DNA from: Candidatus Latescibacterota bacterium | GTDB lineage: Bacteria; Latescibacterota; UBA2968; UBA8231 | Direction: 5' to 3' | NCBI GenBank assembly: GCA_965242865.1 | Contig: CBDETK010000013.1 | Location: 1,344,001-1,408,000, forward strand | Length of the DNA: 64,000 nucleotides | Part shown: piece after piece, positions 28,690 through 38,940 of the stretch | Layout: each line of letters starts with the position of its first letter | How positions within the stretch are numbered: the stretch's first letter is position 1 | Translations under genes and position numbers: made by a program | Notes under the pieces: model-generated | What the model was told of the DNA's origin: nothing | Database searches by the model: none | The model's input: the letters and a program-made list of their open reading frames with translations, nothing else

Positions 28690-30891
28690 GTGCAAGTGGA
28701 TTTTGGTTTGAATGTACGCTCCCTAATTATGGGGATTTTGCTCGCCGCCTACGGGGCTGTGGACACCGGGGAAACCAAGGAATTGATCATCCTTGGTGGA
28801 ACGGAAGGTCGGCCTTGGCAGGACGGTGGCGGTGGTATAGCTCCGGTGATCATCTTAGGTCCCCGAGAAGTAACAAACGAAAACGTACCGGGAGGGATTA
28901 TCGACTTTTCTGCGCGGGAGGGATGGATTTTTCCCGAAAAGGCCGACCAAACGGACAACATCGCCTTACAACTGCTAGACCGGGGCGGCTCTGTAACCGC
29001 GCCCACTGTGCTCGCCGATCTGGGAACAGATTTGTTGAAAATGATCGACAATGATGCCAATTCGGCCTTTGAACGAAAAAGTTCGCCCGGTCAGAATGTC
29101 CGCGCATTGGGCGTGGTCTTCCAGTTCGATTTGGGAGCGCGATTCGGCGTGAGTCGCATCCGCTTCTTCCCCAGAAACGCAGATCCAGACTTTCTCGCCC
29201 CTGACTTTCCCTTTCAGGACGATTATATGAGGGCTTATGAGATTTTTCTCAACGACGGTACGCGAGAAACACTAGCGGCCGGCTTGCCGGTATTTACCAG
29301 CGTTCTGCTCGTCCTACAGAACGACCAGCCGGTGGTGGATGTGCAGATAGAACCCCAGTACGTGCGCTACATCCAGCTAAAATCCCAGACCACAGTGGGC
29401 TTTGAAATAGGTGAGTTTCAAGTCTTCGGAGAAGGCTTCGTTCCCACGGCCGAGTATCATTCGGATGTATTTGATCTGGGAGAAAATCTGGCTCTTTGGG
29501 GGCAGCTACGTTGGGAGGAAGCCAGCCAAGGGGACCCCATCCGCTCCCAAGTGCCCATCAGTACGCGGAGCGGCTTTGACGATTCCCCAGTCGTGTTCAA
29601 TCGCCTGCGCAGCGACCTCGACGGCACCGAAGTGCCTTGGAAGATGGCCGAGGAGTTCGACGAAGGCAGCCAAGCGCGGGAAATAGTCAGCCAGCTCGAC
29701 TCGCCCGATCTCGATATAAGGCAGGCTCGGCTACTCTACAAAGACCTGCCCCTCAAGAGGAGAAACGAGATCTCGCTGACCCAAGCCGACTACAAAAAAC
29801 TGCGAGCGGGCAACAAGGGGTCCGTGCGCGACGACCTAGAAAACTGGAGTGCGTGGTCGCCGCCTTATGCGGCCGAGGGCATCACGAGCGCCGATAACGT
29901 GGCCGCTGGGATGGCAGGAGTGCCCATCATTTCGCCCGCGCCACGGCGCTACTTTCAGTTCAAGGTGGATTATTTGAGTGAAGACCTCTTTTCAGCCAAA
30001 GGCATTGGGTCGCTGTCCTTTGATTTTTCCAGCCCTGTACTGGCCGAAGAAATCGTCGGCGAGATCACCCCGCGCCAAGCGGCTCTGGGGCAAGCAACCG
30101 AGTTTTCCTTGGTGCTCGTTCCCAATATGCGGCCCGGCCTCGATCAGGGCTTCCGGTCCCTCGAAATCAGCACCCCTGTAACGGTGGACGCCGTGGAGCG
30201 GATTGGGATGTCGCTACCGGATGGCTCTCGCCGCGAACAACATTTCTCGGATTCGGACCTGCGCGACCTGCCGGTGGAACGCGGGGAGTTCCGCATTGAT
30301 TTGGTAGCGGAAGACCGCTTCCAGATCAGTTTTCCCAAAGTGGAAACCAGCCGCCTAGCAGCGGACCAAATGACCGTTCTAGACGTGGATTTCAAGTGCG
30401 TGGTGCTGCGGACGGGCACCGCCTTTTCCTCCTGGGCCTTGTCCGAGACCCCTAGCGAAGTGCCGCAACGAGTGGTGGGCGGCAATGTCGTGGCCCTGCT
30501 CCAAGCCGGGGCCAATGCTTCGCTCATCCGCGACCCGGGCAATCTAGTGGTGCAAGTGGCCAAGAAAGGGGCCTTGCTAATCAATATCAACGCGGTGCCG
30601 TCGGTCTTGACGCCCAACGGGGATCAAATCAACGACACCGCACAGATCCATTTTGATATAACCGATCTCATCAGCGGGGCCGATGTAGGGGTGCGGATAT
30701 ACGACTTGGCCGGCAGCATGGTGCGGGAAGTCTATCGGGGAATCGCCCAGAGCGGCCGCTTCGCCAAGGCTTGGAACGGCACCGATGGACGCGGCAAGAC
30801 CGTGCCGCCCGGCCTCTATATTTTCAAAATTGACTTGGACACCGATGGCGGCAAGGCCGAGGCGAGCGGTCTCCTAGGCGTGGCCTATTGA
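28690..30891 (+). CDS. Secreted protein with FlgD/CHU_C-like C-terminal domain (type 3)
   Basis: AFERKS, DLGARFGVSRIRFFPRN, WSAWSPPY, LTPNGDQIND, VPPGLY, ends VAY. Start uncertain (28672-28729). Confidence 0.78.
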   Translation: MQVDFGLNVRSLIMGILLAAYGAVDTGETKELIILGGTEGRPWQDGGGGIAPVIILGPREVTNENVPGGIIDFSAREGWIFPEKADQTDNIALQLLDRGGSVTAPTVLADLGTDLLKMIDNDANSAFERKSSPGQNVRALGVVFQFDLGARFGVSRIRFFPRNADPDFLAPDFPFQDDYMRAYEIFLNDGTRETLAAGLPVFTSVLLVLQNDQPVVDVQIEPQYVRYIQLKSQTTVGFEIGEFQVFGEGFVPTAEYHSDVFDLGENLALWGQLRWEEASQGDPIRSQVPISTRSGFDDSPVVFNRLRSDLDGTEVPWKMAEEFDEGSQAREIVSQLDSPDLDIRQARLLYKDLPLKRRNEISLTQADYKKLRAGNKGSVRDDLENWSAWSPPYAAEGITSADNVAAGMAGVPIISPAPRRYFQFKVDYLSEDLFSAKGIGSLSFDFSSPVLAEEIVGEITPRQAALGQATEFSLVLVPNMRPGLDQGFRSLEISTPVTVDAVERIGMSLPDGSRREQHFSDSDLRDLPVERGEFRIDLVAEDRFQISFPKVETSRLAADQMTVLDVDFKCVVLRTGTAFSSWALSETPSEVPQRVVGGNVVALLQAGANASLIRDPGNLVVQVAKKGALLININAVPSVLTPNGDQINDTAQIHFDITDLISGADVGVRIYDLAGSMVREVYRGIAQSGRFAKAWNGTDGRGKTVPPGLYIFKIDLDTDGGKAEASGLLGVAY

Positions 30892-30934
30892 TGGATTGCT
30901 TCTGAGCAGCGCTTGCTAACGAGAGGGATACCTG

Positions 30935-33721
30935 ATGGCAGATGCAGGGTACAGAGGATGGATAGCACTGTGGATAGCCGCGGCCTTGAGCACGCCGGCT
31001 TTTTCCCAAGAGTACAACAACCGCCTCGGGCAACAGAGAGGGGGCAAGGTCACCTTTGAACCCTTGGGCCCAGGGGTGTTTTTCGATGCCCTCGATCCCA
31101 CCGTAAAGCGATGGTACGTCCCCCAAGAACTCTACCGAGATTACCGATTCCAGACTTGGGAATACTCCAACTATGCCCGGGAGCCTTATGAGCGCTACGT
31201 CAACACCACTCGGGAAGGCGAGTATTTCTACGACACGTTCGGCAATTTCGTCAACCGGGGATGGCTCATCTACGACTGGCGTCAGGAAGCCTTGACCCCG
31301 TTGGGCAGCTCCATCTATCAGGATTCGAGGTATCTGGGTTGGTTCAACCAAGTGTTGATCGCCACTGATTCAAAAGGCGGTGCTCTCTACTCCATAACCA
31401 CCGGGGATCAGATTCGCACCACGCTCACTCCCATGACCTTTTCCAAGCCCGCCTTCAACGGCATCCAGCTAGACTTTGCAACGGATAAATACGCCGGCAC
31501 GGTCCTCCTATCGAGGATCAGCAGCCCGGTCCGGGCGTCGGTCTCCAGCGCCGACACCCGGACCAACGCCACCAATATGATCGGCGGCCGGGCCCTAGCC
31601 CAAGTGGGCGATTTCGTCACCCTCGGCGCGACTTGGGTCAATGCCCACAACACCCGGACCACGCTAGGTTCGTTCGACAGCAACCCCACCAAGGGCACCT
31701 TGGGCGACGGGCAGGCCAGAGTGCCAATCAACGCCATCGCCCTCGTGCTCAGCGATGATTCTCCCGCAGACGGCGAGGGCGGAACCGCGCTTTTTTCTCA
31801 CGATTTAGTCGTGGTGCGCGAAGATTTTCAAAACGGAATCCGCGAAACGCTCGGCCTCGCCGACCTGACCAACGACCCAACGCGCTGGCCAGTCATAGAG
31901 GGCGGCTTTCGCGAAGAAGGCTTCTTGGCGGCCAACGGCCTTCAGCGGATCATCCTCAACTACGACTTTAACGATCCGGCCTATATCGGCCCCGACCCGA
32001 CCGAAATCGTAAAAGTGACCTTTGATCTGGTGCTGGCCAACGACTACAAAGTCGAGGTGTGGTCCGACCGCCAGACCGGGCAGGAAGCCTCCCCGGAAGC
32101 CCCGCTGACCAGAGCGACCCTCAACGAGAGGAATCCGGTCCTGCTAGCGATCGCCCGGGCGCCCGACAATACCAAGGATGGCTCCAACCGGCGCAGGCTG
32201 GTTTTTGACTACGGCTTGCCCACGGCCACGCAGATTTATGGCTTTACCCTTGAGGCCAAAGATGTCCTAGGGTTCAACTTCTATGGCGAGTACGACATCA
32301 ACCAGAAATTCAGGCAGTATCCCAACTTGGCCTTGTTTACCGACGACCGTTCCTTTGCGGACGCTTCGACTCGAGCGGATGCTTGGATGATGAACCTCGC
32401 CTTTCAGGAGTATCCTTGGTTCTTCTTTGGGGAGGCCTTTTCCATGGACCACGACTACTCCACCAGTTCCTTCCTGCTCAACCAAAATGGCGATGTCAAC
32501 TATGACCAACCGGCCCAATTTCTCTACGAGTTCGTCGAAGACAACGACGATCAAGATCGGCTGCCCGACTGGCAGCGAGGGGGCCAGCCGGGACCCGATT
32601 TTTCAATCTTCCCCGGTTGGGACGAAAACAACGATTTCGTCAGCGACTTCAACCAGAACGACAATCGGACGATCAGCAACCGCATCCCCGATTACGACGA
32701 GCCCTTTCTCCGGTACGCGGTGGACCGCCCCGAATTTCTCTTTGGCATTGACTTGAACAACAACGACTGGATCGACCGCTTTGAGAACGACGACGAGCCC
32801 GATTTCCCCTACAAGAGAGACCACAGAGGCTACAATGCCTATTCCGGCGTTCATATCCGCCCGGGGGTTCGGGTGAGTGTGGGGCAAACCCGCGAGGAGC
32901 TGCTGTCCTCCGAGCGAGAGAATACGACCACCTACGGGTTGGTAACCGTGGAGGAGGATTGGGCCGGCGTAGGGCGCTTGCGGGTGTTCGACATGCTAAA
33001 AAAAGCCCAAGACACCATTCCCGATGATCGCCGGGCGTCCCAAGCATTTCTCTCGGCCGGCCGGCCCGTCAAGGTCGCCGATATGCTGCCCGCCCAAGAT
33101 ACTTGGGTACATTCCCTGTTTATCGGCTTCGACTATACGCGAATTCCTCGGCTGAACATCCGCAACAAGGTCAAATACGATCTGTACATTCAGCGCAGCG
33201 ATGATATTAGGGCTTTGGACCGAAGTCCGCTCCGCGCTAGATCGTCCTTTTTCGGGCTGATCAACAAAGTGGATTATACCTACCAATTTGAAGGTCTGAG
33301 CATCCAGCCGCGGTTCAAAAGCCAGTATTTGAGGCGCACCCCGTTCCTGCGCCGCGAGGCCGATGTTGAGGAATGGGATGGGTTCTCGTCGGTGATTCTC
33401 AAGTTCCCAATGCTGAGGCATTCGATGATCGAACTGGGCGCGGAGTTTCGCCAGCTCAGAGAATTGCGGGCAGACGAAGCGGCCTTGGTCCGAGAGCAAG
33501 TGCTAGGACCGACCGGGGATCTAAACGAGACCAATTTGGCCGTTCAGTGGTCAACCACGACGGATTACCTAGGGTACGTATTGCTGCTACAGACGGGATT
33601 CCGGCTGTCTAGGCAATCCCTAGAAACCGTCGAGATGCTGGATCTGGAGGTCGCCAAACGGTCCGCTACCGAGACCGGCACCACCACCTTCATAACCATC
33701 TACGCCGGGGTGGAACAGTAG
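30935..33721 (+). CDS. Large secreted, putative outer-membrane protein with Asp/Asn-rich loops
   Basis: Signal peptide, WYVPQELY, RGWLIYDW, DNDDQD, FPGWDENNDFVSDFNQN, GIDLNNNDWIDRFEND; amphipathic beta-strand-like C-terminal third. Confidence 0.7.
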   Translation: MADAGYRGWIALWIAAALSTPAFSQEYNNRLGQQRGGKVTFEPLGPGVFFDALDPTVKRWYVPQELYRDYRFQTWEYSNYAREPYERYVNTTREGEYFYDTFGNFVNRGWLIYDWRQEALTPLGSSIYQDSRYLGWFNQVLIATDSKGGALYSITTGDQIRTTLTPMTFSKPAFNGIQLDFATDKYAGTVLLSRISSPVRASVSSADTRTNATNMIGGRALAQVGDFVTLGATWVNAHNTRTTLGSFDSNPTKGTLGDGQARVPINAIALVLSDDSPADGEGGTALFSHDLVVVREDFQNGIRETLGLADLTNDPTRWPVIEGGFREEGFLAANGLQRIILNYDFNDPAYIGPDPTEIVKVTFDLVLANDYKVEVWSDRQTGQEASPEAPLTRATLNERNPVLLAIARAPDNTKDGSNRRRLVFDYGLPTATQIYGFTLEAKDVLGFNFYGEYDINQKFRQYPNLALFTDDRSFADASTRADAWMMNLAFQEYPWFFFGEAFSMDHDYSTSSFLLNQNGDVNYDQPAQFLYEFVEDNDDQDRLPDWQRGGQPGPDFSIFPGWDENNDFVSDFNQNDNRTISNRIPDYDEPFLRYAVDRPEFLFGIDLNNNDWIDRFENDDEPDFPYKRDHRGYNAYSGVHIRPGVRVSVGQTREELLSSERENTTTYGLVTVEEDWAGVGRLRVFDMLKKAQDTIPDDRRASQAFLSAGRPVKVADMLPAQDTWVHSLFIGFDYTRIPRLNIRNKVKYDLYIQRSDDIRALDRSPLRARSSFFGLINKVDYTYQFEGLSIQPRFKSQYLRRTPFLRREADVEEWDGFSSVILKFPMLRHSMIELGAEFRQLRELRADEAALVREQVLGPTGDLNETNLAVQWSTTTDYLGYVLLLQTGFRLSRQSLETVEMLDLEVAKRSATETGTTTFITIYAGVEQ

Positions 33722-36496
33722 ATGGCAGGCCCTAATAGCATCTGGCGTGTTGTGGGGATACTCTGCGCCCTAGCGGTATCGCCCGCTCTGGGATGGACGG
33801 CCCAAGACTATGGGGCTCGCTTGGGGCACCGCGCCAATGGCACAGTGGTGTATCGCTCTGAGGGACCTAAGACGCTTTTGGGCCATGCAGAGCCGCTGGT
33901 GCGGAAACGGTATCTGCCCCAAGAGCTGTATCAGGAGTACCAGTGGCAGACTTGGCAGTACACCAACTACGCCGGCAATCCCTACCAGCGATATGTGGCG
34001 CAAAGCCTGTGGGGCGATTATTTCTACGATGTGTACGGAAATTTTCTGACCAGAGGATGGTTGATCTACGACTGGACCGAAGATCATCCGCGAATTTCCG
34101 AGGGCAGCCGGCTGCTGAAAAGGGGCGCGTACGCGGGTTTCTTTCGCTCATTAATTGTAGCTTCAGACCAGAAAGGTCAATACTCTTTTTCCATTTCCGT
34201 TGGCGACGAGTTGGTCACGACCCTGACGCCAATGACCTTTCGCAAGTCCGTGTACAACGGTGCCCAAGTCGATTTCACGTCGGACGCCGTCGAGCTGACA
34301 GGGATCTTTTCCCGCATCAGCGCCCCCGGCTTCATCACCGACCCAAATCCGGCCTCTTTCAACAACTATACGAACCTAATAGGGGGACGCACCAGAATTC
34401 AGCTAGGCGACGCCATAACCGTGGGCGGGGTCTTCGTCAATTCCCACAACGGCCGGGGGACCGTCCAGAGTTTTGCCGGCAATCCCTTCAAAGGAGAATT
34501 GACCTCCCTGCAGTTGCAAAACCAGATCGGTACCATTGTCATCCGGCTGAGCGACGACTCCCCGGCCGACAACATCGGCGGGAGCGTCTTGCTCGCAGAT
34601 AACGTAGAAGTGGCAACCACCATCGGCGACAGAGACACCGTGCTAGTCGGCAACGAGATCGGCTTTACCCCCCAGCGACAGGGCGGCACCATCATAGAAG
34701 GCGTCCGCACGGCCAACGGCACGGAACAGATCACGTTGCGGTACGACTTAAACGACCTAGCCGCGATTCTCGACGACCGGGATGCCATCAACAACATCCG
34801 GGACCTCCGCTTCAGATTGGTCCTAGTCAACGACTACCGGATCGAGATCACGTCCGACCAGCAAACCAACTCTGAAGGACAGCCAGTCTTTTTGCTGATG
34901 GCCCAAGCCGCAGGCAACATTCGGGATGGCTCGAATAAGCGCGAAGTGATGTTCAACTACGGCTTGCCCACCGCTAACCAGCTAATGGGGCTCACGCTCG
35001 AGGCCAGGGATTTCCTAGGATTTGACTTGTACACCGAGTTCGATGTGAACCACCAGTACAGAAAGTATCCCAACCGCCGGGTAAAGACTCACGAGGCGCA
35101 CTCGGGCCTCGTCGGCGACGAAAACGCCAAAGCTTGGATGCTGAATCTGTCCAAAGCGGTCTTCTCTTGGTCCCTCTTTGCCGAAGGTTTCTACATGGAC
35201 GCGGCTTACAACACCAGCCCCTTCATATCGGACGGTAGCGGCCGCATCGATTACGAAGACCGGACCAGGAGCATCTACGACTTTGTCGACGACAACGACG
35301 ATCAGGACAAGAAGCCCGACCAGAAGCGGCGCTACCAAGATCCGAGGACGGGCGCGGAATTCCGCGCCGCTGGCACCGGAAGATCCGCCGAAGGCTTTGC
35401 CGACGAGGCCGTGTTTCCCGGCTGGGACCAGAACAACGATTTCATCTCCGACTTCAACCAAAACAGCAACATCTTCAGCGAGAACCGTTTCCCAGACTAC
35501 GAGGAACCCTTTCTGCGCTATGGTTCAGACCGCCCCGAATACCTCTTCGGTATCGACCTCAACAACAACGGCTGGGTTGACCACTTTGAAAACGACAATC
35601 TGCCCGACTATCCGTACAAAAGGGATCGCAAAGGCTACAACCTGTACCTGCACAATCAGGTAACTCCGCACCTGCGACTCACTGTGGGGCAAGCCCGCGA
35701 GCAACTCCTTTCGGACGACCGCCAAAATCTGACCACGTACGCTTTGGTGAGCTTTGAAAAGGAGTACGCCCGCATCGGCCGGGTGCGCCTCTTCGACCTA
35801 TTCAAAAAGGTGGCCGACGACATTCAGGACGATCTCGTTCAATGGGTACAAACCCCAGGGCTGCCCGGAGCGCACCAAGCCATAGACGATCCCCTCTTCG
35901 CCCAAGACACCTATATCAATACCTTTTGGCTCGGCCTCGACCGTCGGACCAATCTCGGGGTCAATTTTTCCAATAAGTTCAAGTACGAGACCGTGCGGCA
36001 ACGGGAAAAAGGCAGCACCCCAGATTTCAAAGACGATATGCGTTTTCTCGGGATTATCAACAAGGCCGACTACCTGTACCAGTACAAAACTCTGACGGTG
36101 CATCCCAAGATCAAGAGCGAATTTCTCAAGGACAATACTCCTTATTCTATGGGGGGGGTGCGCCCGGTGCGCGATCAATGGACTGGTTTGATCTTCCTGA
36201 CCGTTGAATTTCCCGTTCTACGGCGCACGACCCTAGAGACCGGCATAGAACAACTCTTCTTCCGGGATTCGGTGATTGACGAAGGCGATTTAGCAGCGGG
36301 TGAATTCACCGAGGACTTCAACAGCACGGTCTTGGCTATGCAGCTTTCAAACCGGGGGGAGTACCTAGGCTATGTGCTCACGGCCCAACTCGGCTATAGT
36401 ATCCGTAGAATCAGTCGAGAGCGCGTCGAAGCAGCGGACCGCTCGCAGCTGGATAGTACCGTGTTTATGACGATGTACGCCAGCCTGAAAGAGTGA
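33722..36496 (+). CDS. Paralog of the 30935 protein, putative outer-membrane protein
   Basis: Same motif series (YLPQELY, RGWLIYDW, FPGWDQNNDFISDFNQN, GIDLNNNGWVDHFEND). ATG directly follows the previous stop. Confidence 0.7.
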   Translation: MAGPNSIWRVVGILCALAVSPALGWTAQDYGARLGHRANGTVVYRSEGPKTLLGHAEPLVRKRYLPQELYQEYQWQTWQYTNYAGNPYQRYVAQSLWGDYFYDVYGNFLTRGWLIYDWTEDHPRISEGSRLLKRGAYAGFFRSLIVASDQKGQYSFSISVGDELVTTLTPMTFRKSVYNGAQVDFTSDAVELTGIFSRISAPGFITDPNPASFNNYTNLIGGRTRIQLGDAITVGGVFVNSHNGRGTVQSFAGNPFKGELTSLQLQNQIGTIVIRLSDDSPADNIGGSVLLADNVEVATTIGDRDTVLVGNEIGFTPQRQGGTIIEGVRTANGTEQITLRYDLNDLAAILDDRDAINNIRDLRFRLVLVNDYRIEITSDQQTNSEGQPVFLLMAQAAGNIRDGSNKREVMFNYGLPTANQLMGLTLEARDFLGFDLYTEFDVNHQYRKYPNRRVKTHEAHSGLVGDENAKAWMLNLSKAVFSWSLFAEGFYMDAAYNTSPFISDGSGRIDYEDRTRSIYDFVDDNDDQDKKPDQKRRYQDPRTGAEFRAAGTGRSAEGFADEAVFPGWDQNNDFISDFNQNSNIFSENRFPDYEEPFLRYGSDRPEYLFGIDLNNNGWVDHFENDNLPDYPYKRDRKGYNLYLHNQVTPHLRLTVGQAREQLLSDDRQNLTTYALVSFEKEYARIGRVRLFDLFKKVADDIQDDLVQWVQTPGLPGAHQAIDDPLFAQDTYINTFWLGLDRRTNLGVNFSNKFKYETVRQREKGSTPDFKDDMRFLGIINKADYLYQYKTLTVHPKIKSEFLKDNTPYSMGGVRPVRDQWTGLIFLTVEFPVLRRTTLETGIEQLFFRDSVIDEGDLAAGEFTEDFNSTVLAMQLSNRGEYLGYVLTAQLGYSIRRISRERVEAADRSQLDSTVFMTMYASLKE

Positions 36497-36504
36497 TGGT
36501 TTAA

Positions 36505-38469
36505 TTACCAGTCGTGTACATTGTGGCCCTGTAGGGGAAACCATATCACATCTACGACTCCTGAGAGTACGACGCCGAGTACATAGCCCACGCCTAAGCC
36601 GTAGAAAAAGGGCTTGCCTTTGCGGTACGCTCGGACCCCTCCGTAGCGCAGCAGGAGCAGTTTAGCTATCCAGACCAAAAACAGGCTGAACCAATAAATG
36701 GATGTGCCCGAGGTGTGCTGAAAGGCGAGCCCAATGGGATGGAGCGAGAACCAGTGAAAGCGGGCCCGCAACAGCGCGATGCCCCCCGCCTCAAACACGC
36801 CCCAACCCCAGACGCCCCACTTGCCCGGATCCCCGACTTTGGGGTTTTGTAGCAGATGCACTGTTTCGTCCAAGAGGCCGGTCGCACCCATCAAAAAAAC
36901 AGCCCCCCCTTTGTCGTATGCCATCTCGAGGCTGGCCCACACGGCCGTTAGAAAACCTGTTGTAAAGGCGACGAGCACGGTAGCGGTCACCAGCCACGGC
37001 TGATCCCGCAACGAGAAAACGCGCAGATGGTGCGGGATAGCTGGCCAAGCGGGTAGGCGAATGTTGCCGAAAAAGGCATGGCCGGTGAACATCTTGAAGG
37101 CGACCAAATCCTGCGGCGACAACCGAGCCGAGCCCACCAAATCGACGATAAAAGAACTCCCCTTGGCATTGGGCCAACTGGGCATGAGGTACGGAAAGCC
37201 CGTGGCCGCAATGAGCTTAATGGAGACGAAAAAGGTCGCTACCATCAGGACAAAGGCCCCGGTGGCCAGCGGCAAACTCGCCCCCAAGCTGCAAGCCCAC
37301 GCGATGACGTAGAGGGCCGACAGGATCAGACCGGCTAGGGCCAAGCGGTAGATCCCGACTTGCCGCCGATCGCCCTCCCCAGTGCGCACCTGTTGCCACA
37401 CTTCTCGCAAGTGTCGGCGGGCCAAGTACACGGACCAGCAGGCCACAAAGACGATGGCCCCCAAGCTCTCCAGCGAGAGAATCGCTTGCGGTGCCAAAGG
37501 CTGCCCCTCCGCACCCACGACGAATCCCACCCAATCCATCAGCCCTATCTTGGCAGTAGCCAGCAGGGCGAAGACCACTAGGCTGCCGAGGATATCCAGC
37601 GGGCATAGATACGTCAAAGCCATGACTAGGGGCAAAACTCGGATGGTTAGGCCCGGGAAGGGGCGGGGCAATTCGAGCTGGAAGCGCTTGGTATAGAGTT
37701 CAAACAGAGGCAAGCCCGGGGTGAAGTAGGCGCCGATATTGTAGAGTAAGGGCAACAGGACAACCCCGCAGCCGATCCAGAACAGACCCGAGCGGAAGAG
37801 GTCGGGCACCCGGCGTGGCCCGTCAAAACCCCGCGTTAGATCGAGGGGCATCTGCGCCAGCGGGAAGGTGAGTTTTTCGGCTTCCACCCACTGGCGCTGA
37901 AATAGCACCACCAAGCAAAAGCCGAATACCACCATGCCCAGCGAGGCCCCCAGCCACTGGACAATCGCCCCGATCCAGCCATCCCACGGCACCGCCGCCC
38001 CTTGCGGCAGCCCCATCCAGAAGGCGTCTAGCACCCGAGGCGAGGAGTCGGGAAAAACGCGCCAAGGCAAATAGGGAAAGATCAGATCCGACCACTGGTT
38101 TTCGGGGGTGGCCAAGTAGAAGGGCGCCCCGATGATGGCGATCCAATAGTCGCTCCAGCCCCACTGCGGCAAGACGCCGACCACCCACAGCATGGTGAAA
38201 ATGGTCAGCAGCTCCCCTTGGTTTAGGGCCTGCCGGGGCCACAAGCGTCCGCAGGCGGCGTTGAGAAAAAGCCACAGCACAAAGGGCATAAAGGCCACCA
38301 TGGGGAACTGCGAGCGGACATAGCTGCCCGACCCGGATGCCTGCCCGACCTCTAGGATGAGGTAGTAGAATACAGCGACAATGGTCAGCCCCCCCAGAAG
38401 CAGGGCACGCCCGGTGATCCGAGGGGACTGGGGGCTATCTGTTGGTCGCGGGTAGCGCATCCTTTCCAA
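36505..38469 (-). CDS. DUF6785/DUF6784 membrane protein
   Basis: YLATPENQW, QRQWVEAEKLTFPL, WFSLHPIG, LRYGG...KPFFYGL. Confidence 0.8.
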   Translation of the reverse strand: MERMRYPRPTDSPQSPRITGRALLLGGLTIVAVFYYLILEVGQASGSGSYVRSQFPMVAFMPFVLWLFLNAACGRLWPRQALNQGELLTIFTMLWVVGVLPQWGWSDYWIAIIGAPFYLATPENQWSDLIFPYLPWRVFPDSSPRVLDAFWMGLPQGAAVPWDGWIGAIVQWLGASLGMVVFGFCLVVLFQRQWVEAEKLTFPLAQMPLDLTRGFDGPRRVPDLFRSGLFWIGCGVVLLPLLYNIGAYFTPGLPLFELYTKRFQLELPRPFPGLTIRVLPLVMALTYLCPLDILGSLVVFALLATAKIGLMDWVGFVVGAEGQPLAPQAILSLESLGAIVFVACWSVYLARRHLREVWQQVRTGEGDRRQVGIYRLALAGLILSALYVIAWACSLGASLPLATGAFVLMVATFFVSIKLIAATGFPYLMPSWPNAKGSSFIVDLVGSARLSPQDLVAFKMFTGHAFFGNIRLPAWPAIPHHLRVFSLRDQPWLVTATVLVAFTTGFLTAVWASLEMAYDKGGAVFLMGATGLLDETVHLLQNPKVGDPGKWGVWGWGVFEAGGIALLRARFHWFSLHPIGLAFQHTSGTSIYWFSLFLVWIAKLLLLRYGGVRAYRKGKPFFYGLGVGYVLGVVLSGVVDVIWFPLQGHNVHDW

Positions 38470-38504
38470 AAAACCTCCGCCCTCTCGCTAAAGACCGCCG
38501 CTTC

Positions 38505-38894
38505 TTATGGGGTGTGGTCGCTTTCCGAAGGAGCTTGGTAGGCGGTGTATTTGAGGTTTTTGCCCTTGGCCTTTTCCACTGGATAGCGCTGGGCCGAAAT
38601 GGCCAATTTCTCCTCCAGCATGTGCGCGGCGTCCAAGCCGAAGCGGTCGCACATGAGCAGGATAAAGTACAGGGCATCGGCCAACTCGTGACCAACAGCT
38701 CGGCGGAAGGATTCGTCGGCTAGGCGCGCGGCGATCTCTTGGTCCGAGCGGAAGCGGAAGTGCTCCAAGACTTCGGCCGCTTCGGTCGAAAGACCAATGG
38801 CCAAGTCCTTAAGGGTGTGGAATTGCGCCCAGTCGCGCTCGTTTACAAAGCGGCGAACTTCGGCGGTGAGTTGGGTCAGGGTCGCGTCACTCAT
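38505..38894 (-). CDS. MazG-like nucleotide pyrophosphohydrolase (DCTPP1-like)
   Basis: FVNERDWAQFHTLKDLAIGLSTEAAEVLEHF, HELAD, RYPVEKAKG. Confidence 0.9.
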   Translation of the reverse strand: MSDATLTQLTAEVRRFVNERDWAQFHTLKDLAIGLSTEAAEVLEHFRFRSDQEIAARLADESFRRAVGHELADALYFILLMCDRFGLDAAHMLEEKLAISAQRYPVEKAKGKNLKYTAYQAPSESDHTP

Positions 38895-38940
38895 GGTTTG
38901 GTTATATTGTAAAGCAAGGTCCGCTCGCCGCAATACGCCC